This document shows, piece by piece, positions 18,922 through 28,531 of a stretch of DNA of 64,000 nucleotides. The position numbers and the translations under genes were made by a program. The notes under the pieces are model-generated. The model was not told the DNA's origin. It saw only the letters and a program-made list of their open reading frames with translations, and ran no database searches. The first letter of the stretch is position 1, and every line of letters begins with the position of its first letter. Source of the stretch: an uncultured Peptococcaceae bacterium (GTDB lineage Bacteria; Bacillota; Peptococcia; Peptococcales; Peptococcaceae); contig CAKQDL010000003.1 of the NCBI GenBank assembly GCA_934229395.1, positions 932 to 64,931 on the forward strand, in the 5' to 3' direction.

Positions 18922-19707
18922 TTACGCTCCGATTGCCTTTACAAAATCTTTAATCAGTTTTTTGAAATGCGGTTGAGCATTACGTCCAGCTTCAAGAACC
19001 TCATCACAAGTTAACTGTTGTTCCAAAACACCAGCTGCCATGTTACTAATGAGAGATACCGCGACAACACGCATTTTTCTGTGGCGTGCAACAATAACTT
19101 CTGGAACAACAGACATGCCTACAGCGTCAGCGCCTAAAATGCGAAAAGCTCTTATTTCTGCTGGTGTTTCATAATTGGGGCCAGTTAATCCAACATAAAC
19201 ACCTTTTTTCATGTTGATGTTCTGTTCTTTTGCAATGTCCATCATCACAGTCATATATTCAGGATCATAGGCATAGGTCATGTCTGGGAAACGATCATAG
19301 CCGTCCGGATTTGGTCCTATTAGCGGGTTTTGTCCTGTTAAATTGATATGATCTTTAATAAGCATAAAATCACCCGCTTGGTATTCTAGGTTGATACCAC
19401 CCGTTGCGCAGGTTACGATAAGTGTTGTTATACCAAGTTCATCTAGAGTGGTCACGGTACGTGTGACATCCTTGACGGAATGTCCTTCATAAAAATGCAG
19501 GCGACCTTGAACAGCGATTACCGGCACATCTTCAATGGTTCCAATTAAAAACTTACCAACGTGCCCCGGCGCACTCGCTTGCGGCATGCCCTTTATATCG
19601 CTGAAAGCAATCTCTTCTTCTATTTTCATGATATCATAAATGGCCTCGTTTAGACCTGAACCAAGAATAATTCCGATATTTGCGTAGTTTTTCCATTTGT
19701 TGATCAT
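18922..19707 (-). CDS. purine nucleoside phosphorylase, PunA (trimeric PNP-I) type
   Basis: GIILGSGL, GHVGKF, QGRLHFYEGH, GPNYETPAEIR and GADAVGMSVVPEVIVARH. These match the PNP signature rather than the MTAP signature. Confidence 0.85.
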   Translation of the reverse strand: MINKWKNYANIGIILGSGLNEAIYDIMKIEEEIAFSDIKGMPQASAPGHVGKFLIGTIEDVPVIAVQGRLHFYEGHSVKDVTRTVTTLDELGITTLIVTCATGGINLEYQAGDFMLIKDHINLTGQNPLIGPNPDGYDRFPDMTYAYDPEYMTVMMDIAKEQNINMKKGVYVGLTGPNYETPAEIRAFRILGADAVGMSVVPEVIVARHRKMRVVAVSLISNMAAGVLEQQLTCDEVLEAGRNAQPHFKKLIKDFVKAIGA

Positions 19708-19740
19708 AAACTAATCTCCTCGTTATTGTATATTTCATAG

Positions 19741-19779
19741 AATAGCAAGAAAGCGCACGAGTTGTGCGCCTTCCTGCTA
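19741..19779 (-). terminator. hairpin downstream of ftsX (possible terminator; the U-run is weak)
   Basis: 15-bp stem AGCAGGAAGGCGCAC / GTGCGCTTTCTTGCT with two G-U pairs. It overlaps the ftsX stop codon. Confidence 0.45.
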
Positions 19780-20667
19780 TACTTTGAGATATTTTCTTAC
19801 TGCAAATAAGCTGCCAAGCGAGCCCATGAGTACACCAACTACTAAATTAAAGATTATAATCAGAGGTAGCATGTATGCTGTATTGAACATAGATAAGAAT
19901 GGCATATTATCTAGAATAAAAGAATACACGTATTCATATCCGCCATATACACAAGAGCCTGCAATGATGGCGCCAAATGCGCCAAGAACAACGCCTTCTA
20001 AAATGAAGGGTCTTTTGATAAAGCTGTTTTTTGCACCAACCATACGCATGATTTGAATTTCATCTTTACGGTTATTTACCGTAAGCTGAATAGTAGTGCT
20101 TATTAAAAATAACGTGGCGAGTATCATAATACCAATGATTACACAGCCGATTACAGCAGCGGTTTTGTTAAAGCTTACAACGCTATCTACTATATCACGT
20201 CCGTAATTAACACTGTCGACGATACTTTGTTGTTCGACCATTTTGGCGATTGACTCTATATTTTCAGGACTATCTACTGTTATCTGGAAAGAATCCGGCA
20301 GTGGGTTATCTTCACTGAGTGTATCTTCAATATCCAATTCTGAATTTGACATCTGCTTGTCTAAAGCTTTTAAGGCATCTTTTTTGCTTACATATTCTAC
20401 ATTTTCTATATGCTCTGTTTTTTCTAGCTTTGCAAGCAGTGCGGTATTGGTTTCTGGGTCAGAAGGCTGTTTTAAAAAAGCAACCACGCGAAGTTGACTC
20501 TCGATACTTTTGGACACATTGTAGCTATTTACAGCAATTAATGATGCAATACTAAACACAGACAATGTGATGGCAATGGTCACTATTGTAAGAAATGATA
20601 AAAACTTATGCCTTGTAATTTGGCGAAGACAATCTCGAATGGCGTATTTAGTTTGTCTTAGAAGCAT
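19777..20667 (-). CDS. ftsX: cell division permease-like protein FtsX
   Basis: 4-TM FtsX topology with a large extracellular loop. Overlaps and follows ftsE. Confidence 0.88.
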   Translation of the reverse strand: MLLRQTKYAIRDCLRQITRHKFLSFLTIVTIAITLSVFSIASLIAVNSYNVSKSIESQLRVVAFLKQPSDPETNTALLAKLEKTEHIENVEYVSKKDALKALDKQMSNSELDIEDTLSEDNPLPDSFQITVDSPENIESIAKMVEQQSIVDSVNYGRDIVDSVVSFNKTAAVIGCVIIGIMILATLFLISTTIQLTVNNRKDEIQIMRMVGAKNSFIKRPFILEGVVLGAFGAIIAGSCVYGGYEYVYSFILDNMPFLSMFNTAYMLPLIIIFNLVVGVLMGSLGSLFAVRKYLKV

Positions 20668-21346
20668 TTAACCAATAACCTCCATTCATACTATCTCTGA
20701 TAATATGCCCGTTTGAAAGTGTAATTACCCGATGGGGATGCTCTTCAACAAGAGAATCGTCATGCGTTGCCATAATTACAGTGGTGCCTATAGAGTTGAT
20801 TGCTTCGAAAAGCTCTATTATTTCTTCGCTGTGTTTAGGATCCAAATTACCAGTTGGTTCGTCTGCAATGACGATTTGCGGTTTATTGACAATAGCTCGA
20901 GCTATCGCAACACGTTGCTGCTCGCCGCCTGAAAGTTCGCTAGGGTAATGATTTTTACGTTCTGTGAGCCCTACAAAATCCAAAGCCTCAAGGGCGCGTT
21001 TTTTTACCTCGCGATGCGAAAGGCCAATGCATTCACAGGGAAAAGCGACGTTTTCATAGGCACTTCGATCTGCTAAAAGTCTAAAATTTTGAAACACGAA
21101 ACCAATTTTTCGCCTATAAAATGGCAATCTGCGCTTTTTAATCTTCGCTAAATCTACGTTATCAACAACAATGCTACCAGATGTGGCTTTCAGCTCTCTG
21201 ATAAGTAGTTTTGCAAATGTAGATTTTCCCGCGCCGCTTTCTCCGACAATATAGACAAATTCACCAGCATTAATTGTTAAATTAATATGATTTAGCCCCA
21301 TTGTACCAGTTTTAAACTTGTGGCTCGCATTGGTAAAATAAATCAT
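20648..21346 (-). CDS. ftsE: cell division ATP-binding protein FtsE
   Basis: Walker A GESGAGKST, signature LSGGEQQR, Walker B VIADEPTGNLD. Confidence 0.9.
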   Translation of the reverse strand: MIYFTNASHKFKTGTMGLNHINLTINAGEFVYIVGESGAGKSTFAKLLIRELKATSGSIVVDNVDLAKIKKRRLPFYRRKIGFVFQNFRLLADRSAYENVAFPCECIGLSHREVKKRALEALDFVGLTERKNHYPSELSGGEQQRVAIARAIVNKPQIVIADEPTGNLDPKHSEEIIELFEAINSIGTTVIMATHDDSLVEEHPHRVITLSNGHIIRDSMNGGYWLNASKTN

Positions 21347-21369
21347 TTAATCACCTGCTTTACATTCTT

Positions 21370-22557
21370 TTATTTAAGAATGCTTTTTAATCTTTCCATT
21401 GCTTCTCTAGTACGTTCTGGCGTGTTGAACGCGGTAAGTCTAAAGAAACCGGCACCATTGTTACCGAAACCCTCACCTGGAGTACCCACTACTTGTGCTT
21501 TTTCTAAAAGAAAATCAAAGAATTCCCATGAAGACATATTGTTAGGGCACTTGAGCCAGACGTAAGGAGAGTAATGACCGCCTGTATAGTAAATACCAAG
21601 TTCGTCGAGAGTATCTGCAATGATTTTGGCATTTTCTTGGTAGCCAAGAATGTTATCCATTGTTTCAGCGTAGCCTTGTTCGGTAAATACAGCTTCTGCT
21701 GCTTTTTGGACAATATATGGGGTACCATTGAATTTGGTTGATTGGCGACGTAACCACATTTCTTTTAAGGATTGGCCATCGCGGATTAATTCTTTTGGAG
21801 CTACAACATAGCTGCAACGTGTACCGGTGAAGCCAGCTGTTTTGCTCAAGGATGCAATTTCAATGGCACAGGTTTTGGCACCCGGAATAGACATAATGGT
21901 ACGTGGCAAATCAGTATCATGTGCGAAAATTTCATAAGCGCTATCGAAGAGGATGACGGCATTTTGTTCATTTGCATAGTCAACCCATACCTTTAGTTGA
22001 TCTGCATTATAGCAAGCACCTGTTGGGTTGTTTGGTGAGCAGAGATAGATAACATCTACAGCATCTTCTGTCATAAGATTTTCAGGCATTGGTAAGAAAT
22101 TGTTGCTTTCGTTTGCATTTAAAAAGCTTACTTGACGTCCATCCATAATATTGGTATCCAAATATACAGGATAAACAGGATCTGGAATGACAACATTTGC
22201 ATCGCTGCTGAAAATATCAAGAATATTAGCGATATCGCTCTTCGCACCATCGCCGACGAATATTTCATCAGCAGAAACTTCAGCGCCAAGCTTCGCATAG
22301 TAATTTGCCAAAGCTTCTCTCAAGAAAGCATAACCTTGTTCAGGACCATAGCCTTTAAAGCCTTCAGCGGTTGCGTTTTCATCTACTGCCTTATGAAGCG
22401 CTTCAATAACAGCTGGTGTCAACGGTTTTGTTACATCGCCAATGCCAAGCTTAATGATATCTGCTTCTGGATGTGCTTCAGAGTAAGCATTCACTTTTGA
22501 TGCTACTGTAGAAAAAAGATAGTTGTTTTCAAGGTTTGCGTAGTTTGTGTTGATCAT
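21370..22557 (-). CDS. dapL: LL-diaminopimelate aminotransferase
   Basis: N-terminus NYANLENNYLFSTVASKV and IKLGIGDVTKPL are typical of DapL. PLP lysine context SLSKTAGFTG. Confidence 0.85.
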   Translation of the reverse strand: MINTNYANLENNYLFSTVASKVNAYSEAHPEADIIKLGIGDVTKPLTPAVIEALHKAVDENATAEGFKGYGPEQGYAFLREALANYYAKLGAEVSADEIFVGDGAKSDIANILDIFSSDANVVIPDPVYPVYLDTNIMDGRQVSFLNANESNNFLPMPENLMTEDAVDVIYLCSPNNPTGACYNADQLKVWVDYANEQNAVILFDSAYEIFAHDTDLPRTIMSIPGAKTCAIEIASLSKTAGFTGTRCSYVVAPKELIRDGQSLKEMWLRRQSTKFNGTPYIVQKAAEAVFTEQGYAETMDNILGYQENAKIIADTLDELGIYYTGGHYSPYVWLKCPNNMSSWEFFDFLLEKAQVVGTPGEGFGNNGAGFFRLTAFNTPERTREAMERLKSILK

Positions 22558-22587
22558 TGCAGGTAAATCCTTTCTTTACATAAAATA

Positions 22588-23487
22588 TCATTCAGGGAAA
22601 ACCATCTGAATACGTTTATTATACAGAGCAATGGTTACTTTTTCAAATGCTCCTGCATATTCCCCATCAAGTGTCCAACGCAATGGTTTATCTGAACTTA
22701 TTTCAAAGCGCTTTCCTTTTATACTACGAATGCAATCATTATCGTATTGATGTAGCTTGATTGATTGAATAATTGTCTGCAAATCTAATGGGCTCATTGG
22801 GCTTCGAATTAAGGTGATTTCAAACAAGCCGTCTGTTAGAATGGAGCGATCGTCATCGTCGAACTGTAAAAAGCCGCCGATAGATTTTGAATTTGAAACT
22901 GCGACAAGGATATAATTTCCTTCGATCACAGTTTCGTCATCAATTACAATTTTTAACGCAAATGTGTCAGTGATATCCGTGAGTTTCTTTGATGCCTCAA
23001 GAAAATATGCAAACTTACCCATTAAATTTTTTAAATGTTGAGGAGTTCCGTATGATACTTCTGTAAAAGCACCAGCAGCCGCAACATAACTAAAAATTTC
23101 CCCATTAAAGGTGCCGAAGTCGTACGCGTGTGTTGGAGAATCTAAAATAATATCAGCAGCGCGTTGGATTTCACTAGGAATACCCAAAGAACGCGCAAAA
23201 TCATTAACAGTACCAGCAGGAATACACGCTATTGGAGCAAAAATGCCCTCTGTTGATGAAATACCACGAAGAATTTCGTTGAGAGTACCATCTCCACCAC
23301 AGGAAATAATCATGTCATAGCCTTGGCCGTGATTTTCGATATATTCTTTTGCATCATTGGCTTTTTGGGTGATATACACAGTGGTTATATATCCGGAAGC
23401 ATTAAATTTTCCGAGTATTTCTATTAGATTTTCCTTGATGGTCATTTTCCCAGCATTAGGGTTGACAATAAACAGTGCTTTTTTCAT
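22588..23487 (-). CDS. diacylglycerol kinase family lipid kinase (YegS/DagK type)
   Basis: NPNAGK, GGDGTLNE and PAGTVNDFAR motifs. Confidence 0.85.
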   Translation of the reverse strand: MKKALFIVNPNAGKMTIKENLIEILGKFNASGYITTVYITQKANDAKEYIENHGQGYDMIISCGGDGTLNEILRGISSTEGIFAPIACIPAGTVNDFARSLGIPSEIQRAADIILDSPTHAYDFGTFNGEIFSYVAAAGAFTEVSYGTPQHLKNLMGKFAYFLEASKKLTDITDTFALKIVIDDETVIEGNYILVAVSNSKSIGGFLQFDDDDRSILTDGLFEITLIRSPMSPLDLQTIIQSIKLHQYDNDCIRSIKGKRFEISSDKPLRWTLDGEYAGAFEKVTIALYNKRIQMVFPE

Positions 23488-23488
23488 A

Positions 23489-24295
23489 TCAGCATCCTCC
23501 AGCGTTTTCTAAATGAGCACGGTTTAACAATGGAAGGTATTGATTAAAAGACATTGGTCGTCCGCTTTCAAAGAAACGAATTCTTTCGGAGAGTGGTTTT
23601 TCTTTGTATTTGTTTTCTTGAACGAATGTTTTTAGATGGTTAATAGTACCCTTGTTACCATCAATAACAGGAATGCTATTACCAGTTAATTCTAGCACAA
23701 TTTTAGATATCATTGTTTTGAAAAAGGTAAAATGTGTACATCCCAAAACGATGGAACACGCTTGTTTTAAGTCGTATTGAGAAAGTTGGTTTTTTATATA
23801 TGTTTCAACTTCTTCGCCAGAAAATATGTCATTTTCTGCGAAGATAACCAATTTTTGCAATGAAACTTCATCTACGCAATCGTTGATACCTAGTCGTTCT
23901 ATAAGGTTTTCAAGCTTATCTAGTTTAAGAGTCAATTCTGTTGCAGTCACAACAATGCGATTACCAGCAAGTGCATTTCTGTTCAGAGTTGCTACTTTAA
24001 CAGCTGGCTCCATTCCTAAAATAGGAAAATCATATTGACTACGCAAATAATTTGCGGCGGCGCTTGTTGCAGTATTGCATGCCAATACAATGACGTCAGC
24101 GCCTTCCTGTCTCAAAAATGACACAGCTTCATCCACATAACGCACGATGTCTTCTTTCTTTTTTGTGCCATACGGAAGATGATCTGAATCTGCATAAAAT
24201 AAGAAGTCGGTGTGTGTTAATTGTGATGCAGCCATCTCCAAAACGCTTACACCACCGATACCAGAATCAAAAAAACCTACAGTCAACGGAAACAC
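23489..24295 (-). CDS. murI: glutamate racemase
   Basis: FFDSGIGGVSV, LACNTAT and GCTHF motifs. Confidence 0.92.
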   Translation of the reverse strand: MFPLTVGFFDSGIGGVSVLEMAASQLTHTDFLFYADSDHLPYGTKKKEDIVRYVDEAVSFLRQEGADVIVLACNTATSAAANYLRSQYDFPILGMEPAVKVATLNRNALAGNRIVVTATELTLKLDKLENLIERLGINDCVDEVSLQKLVIFAENDIFSGEEVETYIKNQLSQYDLKQACSIVLGCTHFTFFKTMISKIVLELTGNSIPVIDGNKGTINHLKTFVQENKYKEKPLSERIRFFESGRPMSFNQYLPLLNRAHLENAGGC

Positions 24296-24300
24296 CTCCG

Positions 24301-24657
24301 TTAGTCAATTAACCAATCGGAAATATCTAATTCTTCTGCGTCTGCCCAGAGGCCGTCTAAATTATATGTGGCTCTTGCAGATTCTTGGAAGAGGTGAACA
24401 ATCATGTCGCCGGTATCTACCAGTACCCATTCCCCTTCCTCTCTTCCCTCAACACGGCAATATGGATTGCCAGTTTCTTTAAATGCGATTTCATCAACTT
24501 TTTCGTAAATCATTTCCGCATGCGGTTTATTGCGCACAGTTGCAATAACAAAATAATCGGCAATGTAGGTGATTTTTTTAACATCAAGCACTTTAATATC
24601 CGTGCACTTGTTTTCGTCTAAGGCGCGGACAATTTTTTCAATTAGCTGTTGATCCAT
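24301..24657 (-). CDS. rsfS: ribosome silencing factor
   Basis: 118 aa. DYFVIATVRN and WVLVDTGDMIVHLF motifs. Conserved yqeK-rsfS synteny. Confidence 0.9.
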   Translation of the reverse strand: MDQQLIEKIVRALDENKCTDIKVLDVKKITYIADYFVIATVRNKPHAEMIYEKVDEIAFKETGNPYCRVEGREEGEWVLVDTGDMIVHLFQESARATYNLDGLWADAEELDISDWLID

Positions 24658-24662
24658 TTTGA

Positions 24663-25229
24663 TTACTCCTTAATTAACAATCGATTTCTGAGGCGAATCA
24701 TATCACCATGCATGATCTTTTCGCCAGAAATTAAATAGGTAATAGTATCGTTTACAATTGAGACGATGCAGTCGTCGATATTATTCTTTGCTTGTTCAAA
24801 CATACCTTCAATGCCAGGTGTTTTTCTCCCTGGTTCAATATAGTCTGCAACAAAGATAATTTTTGCAAGCATTCCCATATCGGGGTGGCCGGTTGTGTGA
24901 TATTTAATTGCCTGCAAAATTCGTACGTCTGTTACGTAGCCTTTCTGTTCAAGCACATATGCCGCAACAGGTCCGTGAAGCACTTGTGGCATAAGAAGAT
25001 CTTCACGACTTGTGATGAGTTGCCCTTCTATGGCAAGCTTAACCAACTCCGATTTTGGCAGTTCTTTACAGTAATCATGCAACAGACCTGCTTGGTAAGC
25101 AGCATGCGGGTTGATTTGATAGGCCTGTGCCAGTTTAGATGCTGTTTCTGCAACTCTTATTGAATGCCCATATCTCTTTGTAGACATTGCGTTTTTTATT
25201 AGTTGATCAAAATCCATAATAGCCCTCAT
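24663..25229 (-). CDS. yqeK: HD-domain bis(5'-nucleosyl)-tetraphosphatase YqeK
   Basis: HSIRV and LLHDYCKE HD motifs. Sits downstream of nadD. Confidence 0.85.
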   Translation of the reverse strand: MRAIMDFDQLIKNAMSTKRYGHSIRVAETASKLAQAYQINPHAAYQAGLLHDYCKELPKSELVKLAIEGQLITSREDLLMPQVLHGPVAAYVLEQKGYVTDVRILQAIKYHTTGHPDMGMLAKIIFVADYIEPGRKTPGIEGMFEQAKNNIDDCIVSIVNDTITYLISGEKIMHGDMIRLRNRLLIKE

Positions 25230-25233
25230 AATT

Positions 25234-25830
25234 TCATCGGTACAAGTTATTTTTTTCGATGTAGGATATAACGTCGCCTGTCAAAAACATGCTTAAATTA
25301 GATTTGTTGTGTATGGCCTCACGAACCATGGTTGAAGAAACAGGCAACGTATCTAACGGAAGATGAATGAATGCAAAGGGGCTTTTTTTTAAAACACTTT
25401 GCACTTCATCAGATAATTTTAGACAATACTCGTGCCTGTCAATGACGACTATATTTACGCTCGTTAAAAGGTCTTGCCAGTGATACCAAGATTCAATTTT
25501 ATTAAATGCGTCTGCACCCATCATGTAATAAAAAACATCATTTGGCAAGAGCTTGTTAAAATAGCGAATGGTCTGCAATGTATATGACGGCTTTGGCAAA
25601 GAACGCTCAGCATCGTTCACCTCTAAATGAGAGTAAGGTTGAATTGCAAGCGCCGTCATGTTAAATCTGTGGTCATATGAAAGCATTCCTTCAAGTTCTT
25701 TGTGAGGAGGCACATAAGCAGGAATAAGCAATACTTTATCTAAGGATAAGGCGTTGTAAACCTGGTTTACGGTATCGATGTGACCCAAATGAATTGGATT
25801 GAAGGTGCCACCAAACAAACCTATGTTCAT
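25234..25830 (-). CDS. nadD: nicotinate-nucleotide adenylyltransferase
   Basis: GLFGGTFNPIHLGH motif and a C-terminal SST motif. Confidence 0.92.
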   Translation of the reverse strand: MNIGLFGGTFNPIHLGHIDTVNQVYNALSLDKVLLIPAYVPPHKELEGMLSYDHRFNMTALAIQPYSHLEVNDAERSLPKPSYTLQTIRYFNKLLPNDVFYYMMGADAFNKIESWYHWQDLLTSVNIVVIDRHEYCLKLSDEVQSVLKKSPFAFIHLPLDTLPVSSTMVREAIHNKSNLSMFLTGDVISYIEKNNLYR

Positions 25831-25845
25831 ACCATTCTCCGTTTC

Positions 25846-26952
25846 TTATAGCAAACCAAAATTGTCTCTGTGGATGATTTCATCTTCTGTGTAATCTAAA
25901 AACTTCTTTGCAATTTCAGCGCTTTTTTGCCCCTTAATGCGCTCAATAAAATTTGAAGAATAATTTGTAATGCCTTTGGCAAAAACTTTGCCCTCCAAAT
26001 CACACACTGCAACGATTGAACCACGTTCGAAATCGCCAACGACACTTACAATACCACTAGGCAAAAGAGAGGTTCCGTTGCGTTTTAACGCATACTTTGC
26101 ACCATCATCAACACTAAGATATCCTTCTTGGTCTGAACCATATAGAATCCAAGATTTTCGCGCATGAATAGGATGGTGTGTGGCTTTAAAATAGGTCCCT
26201 ACCTGCTTATCTTCCGCGATATCATATAATGCAGATAAATCCTTCCCCGACGTAATGACAAGCGGAATGCCTGCATTCGTGGATATTTTGGCTGCTTCTA
26301 TCTTTGTATGCATACCACCAGTTCCGACATTTGTTAACGCAGTACCAGCCATTTGTTCAATTTCAGGCGTGATTTCTTCTACATACTGAATTTTTTCAGC
26401 ATTGCTTGAAATCATCGGATTATCGGTATAAAGGCCATCAATATCCGTGAGTAATATTACAAGTTCTGCATCGCTTAACACTGCAATAAGTGCAGCCAAA
26501 GTATCGTTGTCTCCAAATTTGATTTCTTCGTTTGCAACGCTATCGTTTTCATTGATAACAGGGATAACACCAAGCTTCAATAATTCTAGAATTGTATTGC
26601 GTGCATTTAAAAAACGTTTGCGATTTTTTATATCCTCGCGAGTAAGAAGGAGCTGCGCTGAAATTTGACCATATTCAAGAAAAGCTTTCTCGTAAATATG
26701 TAAAAGCATACCTTGTCCAATCGCAGCCATTGCTTGTTTTTCACTAATAGTGAGGTGTTTGTCTTGCAAATTTAAACGGCATTTTCCTACGCCAATAGCA
26801 CCAGATGTAACTAGAATAATTTCGTTACCGCTATTTTTCAAATCTGTCAAAACTGCACACAATTTTTCAATGACACGTAAGTTGATTTGTCCGTTTTCAT
26901 GTGTGAGGGAACTTGTTCCTACTTTTACAACGATTCTTTTGTTTGTTTTCAT
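25846..26952 (-). CDS. proB: glutamate 5-kinase with a PUA domain
   Basis: VVKVGTSSLT, NENDSV and GTGGMHTK motifs. C-terminal PUA domain. Confidence 0.92.
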   Translation of the reverse strand: MKTNKRIVVKVGTSSLTHENGQINLRVIEKLCAVLTDLKNSGNEIILVTSGAIGVGKCRLNLQDKHLTISEKQAMAAIGQGMLLHIYEKAFLEYGQISAQLLLTREDIKNRKRFLNARNTILELLKLGVIPVINENDSVANEEIKFGDNDTLAALIAVLSDAELVILLTDIDGLYTDNPMISSNAEKIQYVEEITPEIEQMAGTALTNVGTGGMHTKIEAAKISTNAGIPLVITSGKDLSALYDIAEDKQVGTYFKATHHPIHARKSWILYGSDQEGYLSVDDGAKYALKRNGTSLLPSGIVSVVGDFERGSIVAVCDLEGKVFAKGITNYSSNFIERIKGQKSAEIAKKFLDYTEDEIIHRDNFGLL

Positions 26953-26970
26953 AGCCTAAAACCAACCGTA

Positions 26971-27258
26971 TTACTTATCTTCAGGGTTTTCTCTAAACAA
27001 TACAACCATTCTGCCAATAACCTGCACAAGTTCGGCTTCGAGTTCGTTTTTTAAGGTTTCACGAATCGTTTCATCAATTTCTGTACTGTTATTGAGAAAC
27101 TTAACTTTTACAAGTTCATCTTTTGTTAATACTTCGTCAATAGATTGAAGAGTACCATCGGTTAATCCGTATTTTCCAACTAAAACCTTTGGCTTAATGT
27201 TTTGAGCTTCCGATTTCAATCTTTTAATATCTGCTTTTGATAATTCCATATAGTTCAC
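26971..27258 (-). CDS. yhbY: ribosome assembly RNA-binding protein YhbY (CRM domain)
   Basis: 95 aa. LKSEAQNIKPKVLVGKYGLTDG and ELVKVKF motifs. Confidence 0.88.
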   Translation of the reverse strand: MNYMELSKADIKRLKSEAQNIKPKVLVGKYGLTDGTLQSIDEVLTKDELVKVKFLNNSTEIDETIRETLKNELEAELVQVIGRMVVLFRENPEDK

Positions 27259-27290
27259 CTTTTTTCTTATTTTTCATATATATTAGATTC

Positions 27291-27330
27291 TTGAAAAAAG
27301 CTCTGAAAGAGAGCTTCTTCCAGAGCTTTT
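27291..27330 (-). terminator. rho-independent terminator after the M23 peptidase gene
   Basis: On the minus strand: AAAAGCTCTG, 15-nt loop, CAGAGCTTTTTT. It starts at the stop codon. Confidence 0.75.
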
Positions 27331-28510
27331 AAATTCCCAAATATGAAGCTGCGTTAACGACAGCCCCGTTAATACGTACTTCAAAATGTAAATGAGGACC
27401 TGTACTGGAACCTGTTGATCCAATATCGCCGAGTTGTTGACCGGCAGCGACTGTGTCACCTGCGGAAACATACAAGGCTGACATATGACCATACAATGTG
27501 CTCATGCCATTGCCGTGGTCGACAACAACGTAATTACCATAACTCCAATCGTAATCCGCAATAAGTACGGTGCCACCTTTAAAAGAAATAACCGGTGTTC
27601 CATAATTTGCCGCAATATCCGTTCCTAAATGAAAATCATAGCTTCCGTCAAGAGGATAGTCACGGCCACCATATGAGCTGGTAACAACGTGACTGTCCGG
27701 CGCTGGCCAAATACCTTCACCAGCGACAACAACCTCGTATTTATCTGTTTCGTATGGTTTGAGATTTTCGTAGGTAATCGCATCTTTTTGCATAGAAACA
27801 ATTTTGGCTGCAATTTCATCGGATTTTGCTTGCATTGCAGCAATGTTTTCTTTTAAGGCTGCTTCATCTTTTTGAAGCGCTGAATATGTGCTTTGTTGTT
27901 GTGTTTGTTGATCTGCAAGCAAAGCACGTACATCTTCCTGATCCGCTTTTAAGGCATTCAAAGCATTGAGTTGCTGTTCAAGGGTAGCCTTTTGAGCATC
28001 TAATTCCGTTTTAATTCCACTTACTTCATCCACAATTTCCTTGTCTTTTTTTGTAATATAAGCAAGGTATTCCACTCGGGTTAGCAAATCAGAAACACTC
28101 TCTGATTGGAAAATAACATCTAGATAATTAATGTTGCCCTCTTTATAAATCGTTACGAGACGATCGTCCAGCGCCTTTTTACTTTCGGTTAATTTTTTCT
28201 CTGTTTCTGCGATTTTCTTGTTGGTATCGGAAATCGTTTTTTCCTGATCTGCAATTTGAGCGTTGTAGGAAGAAATTTTTTCTTCTGTAGCATTGATGGA
28301 ATCGTTAATTTCTTTCATCTTAGCGACAGTCTCGTTTTTCAATGTTGTTTTGCTATCAAGCTCAGCCTTTTTTTGTTCAATAGAGCTGTTAACCGATGCT
28401 TGCTCATTTTGCAAATCGTTGACGGTTTCCGCTGATAATGACAATGAACAAATTGAGGATAAACCAAAAGATAGAACCAGCGTGCTAGCAAGTGTTCTCT
28501 TTAAAATCAT
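27329..28510 (-). CDS. secreted coiled-coil M23/LytM family metallopeptidase (EnvC-like architecture, catalytic residues intact)
   Basis: Signal peptide, ~230 aa of heptad-rich coiled coil, then a LytM domain with HLGTDIAA and GPHLHFEV. The ATG at 28510 follows GGAGAGGA; the TTG at 28528 is less likely. Confidence 0.85.
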   Translation of the reverse strand: MILKRTLASTLVLSFGLSSICSLSLSAETVNDLQNEQASVNSSIEQKKAELDSKTTLKNETVAKMKEINDSINATEEKISSYNAQIADQEKTISDTNKKIAETEKKLTESKKALDDRLVTIYKEGNINYLDVIFQSESVSDLLTRVEYLAYITKKDKEIVDEVSGIKTELDAQKATLEQQLNALNALKADQEDVRALLADQQTQQQSTYSALQKDEAALKENIAAMQAKSDEIAAKIVSMQKDAITYENLKPYETDKYEVVVAGEGIWPAPDSHVVTSSYGGRDYPLDGSYDFHLGTDIAANYGTPVISFKGGTVLIADYDWSYGNYVVVDHGNGMSTLYGHMSALYVSAGDTVAAGQQLGDIGSTGSSTGPHLHFEVRINGAVVNAASYLGI

Positions 28511-28531
28511 TCTTCCTCTCCGTTTCAAACC

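Noticed and set aside
27283-27492. 69-aa minus-strand ORF overlapping the M23 peptidase 3' end in another frame.
   Set aside because: It is an out-of-frame overlap with a strongly supported CDS and runs through that gene's terminator. It is spurious.
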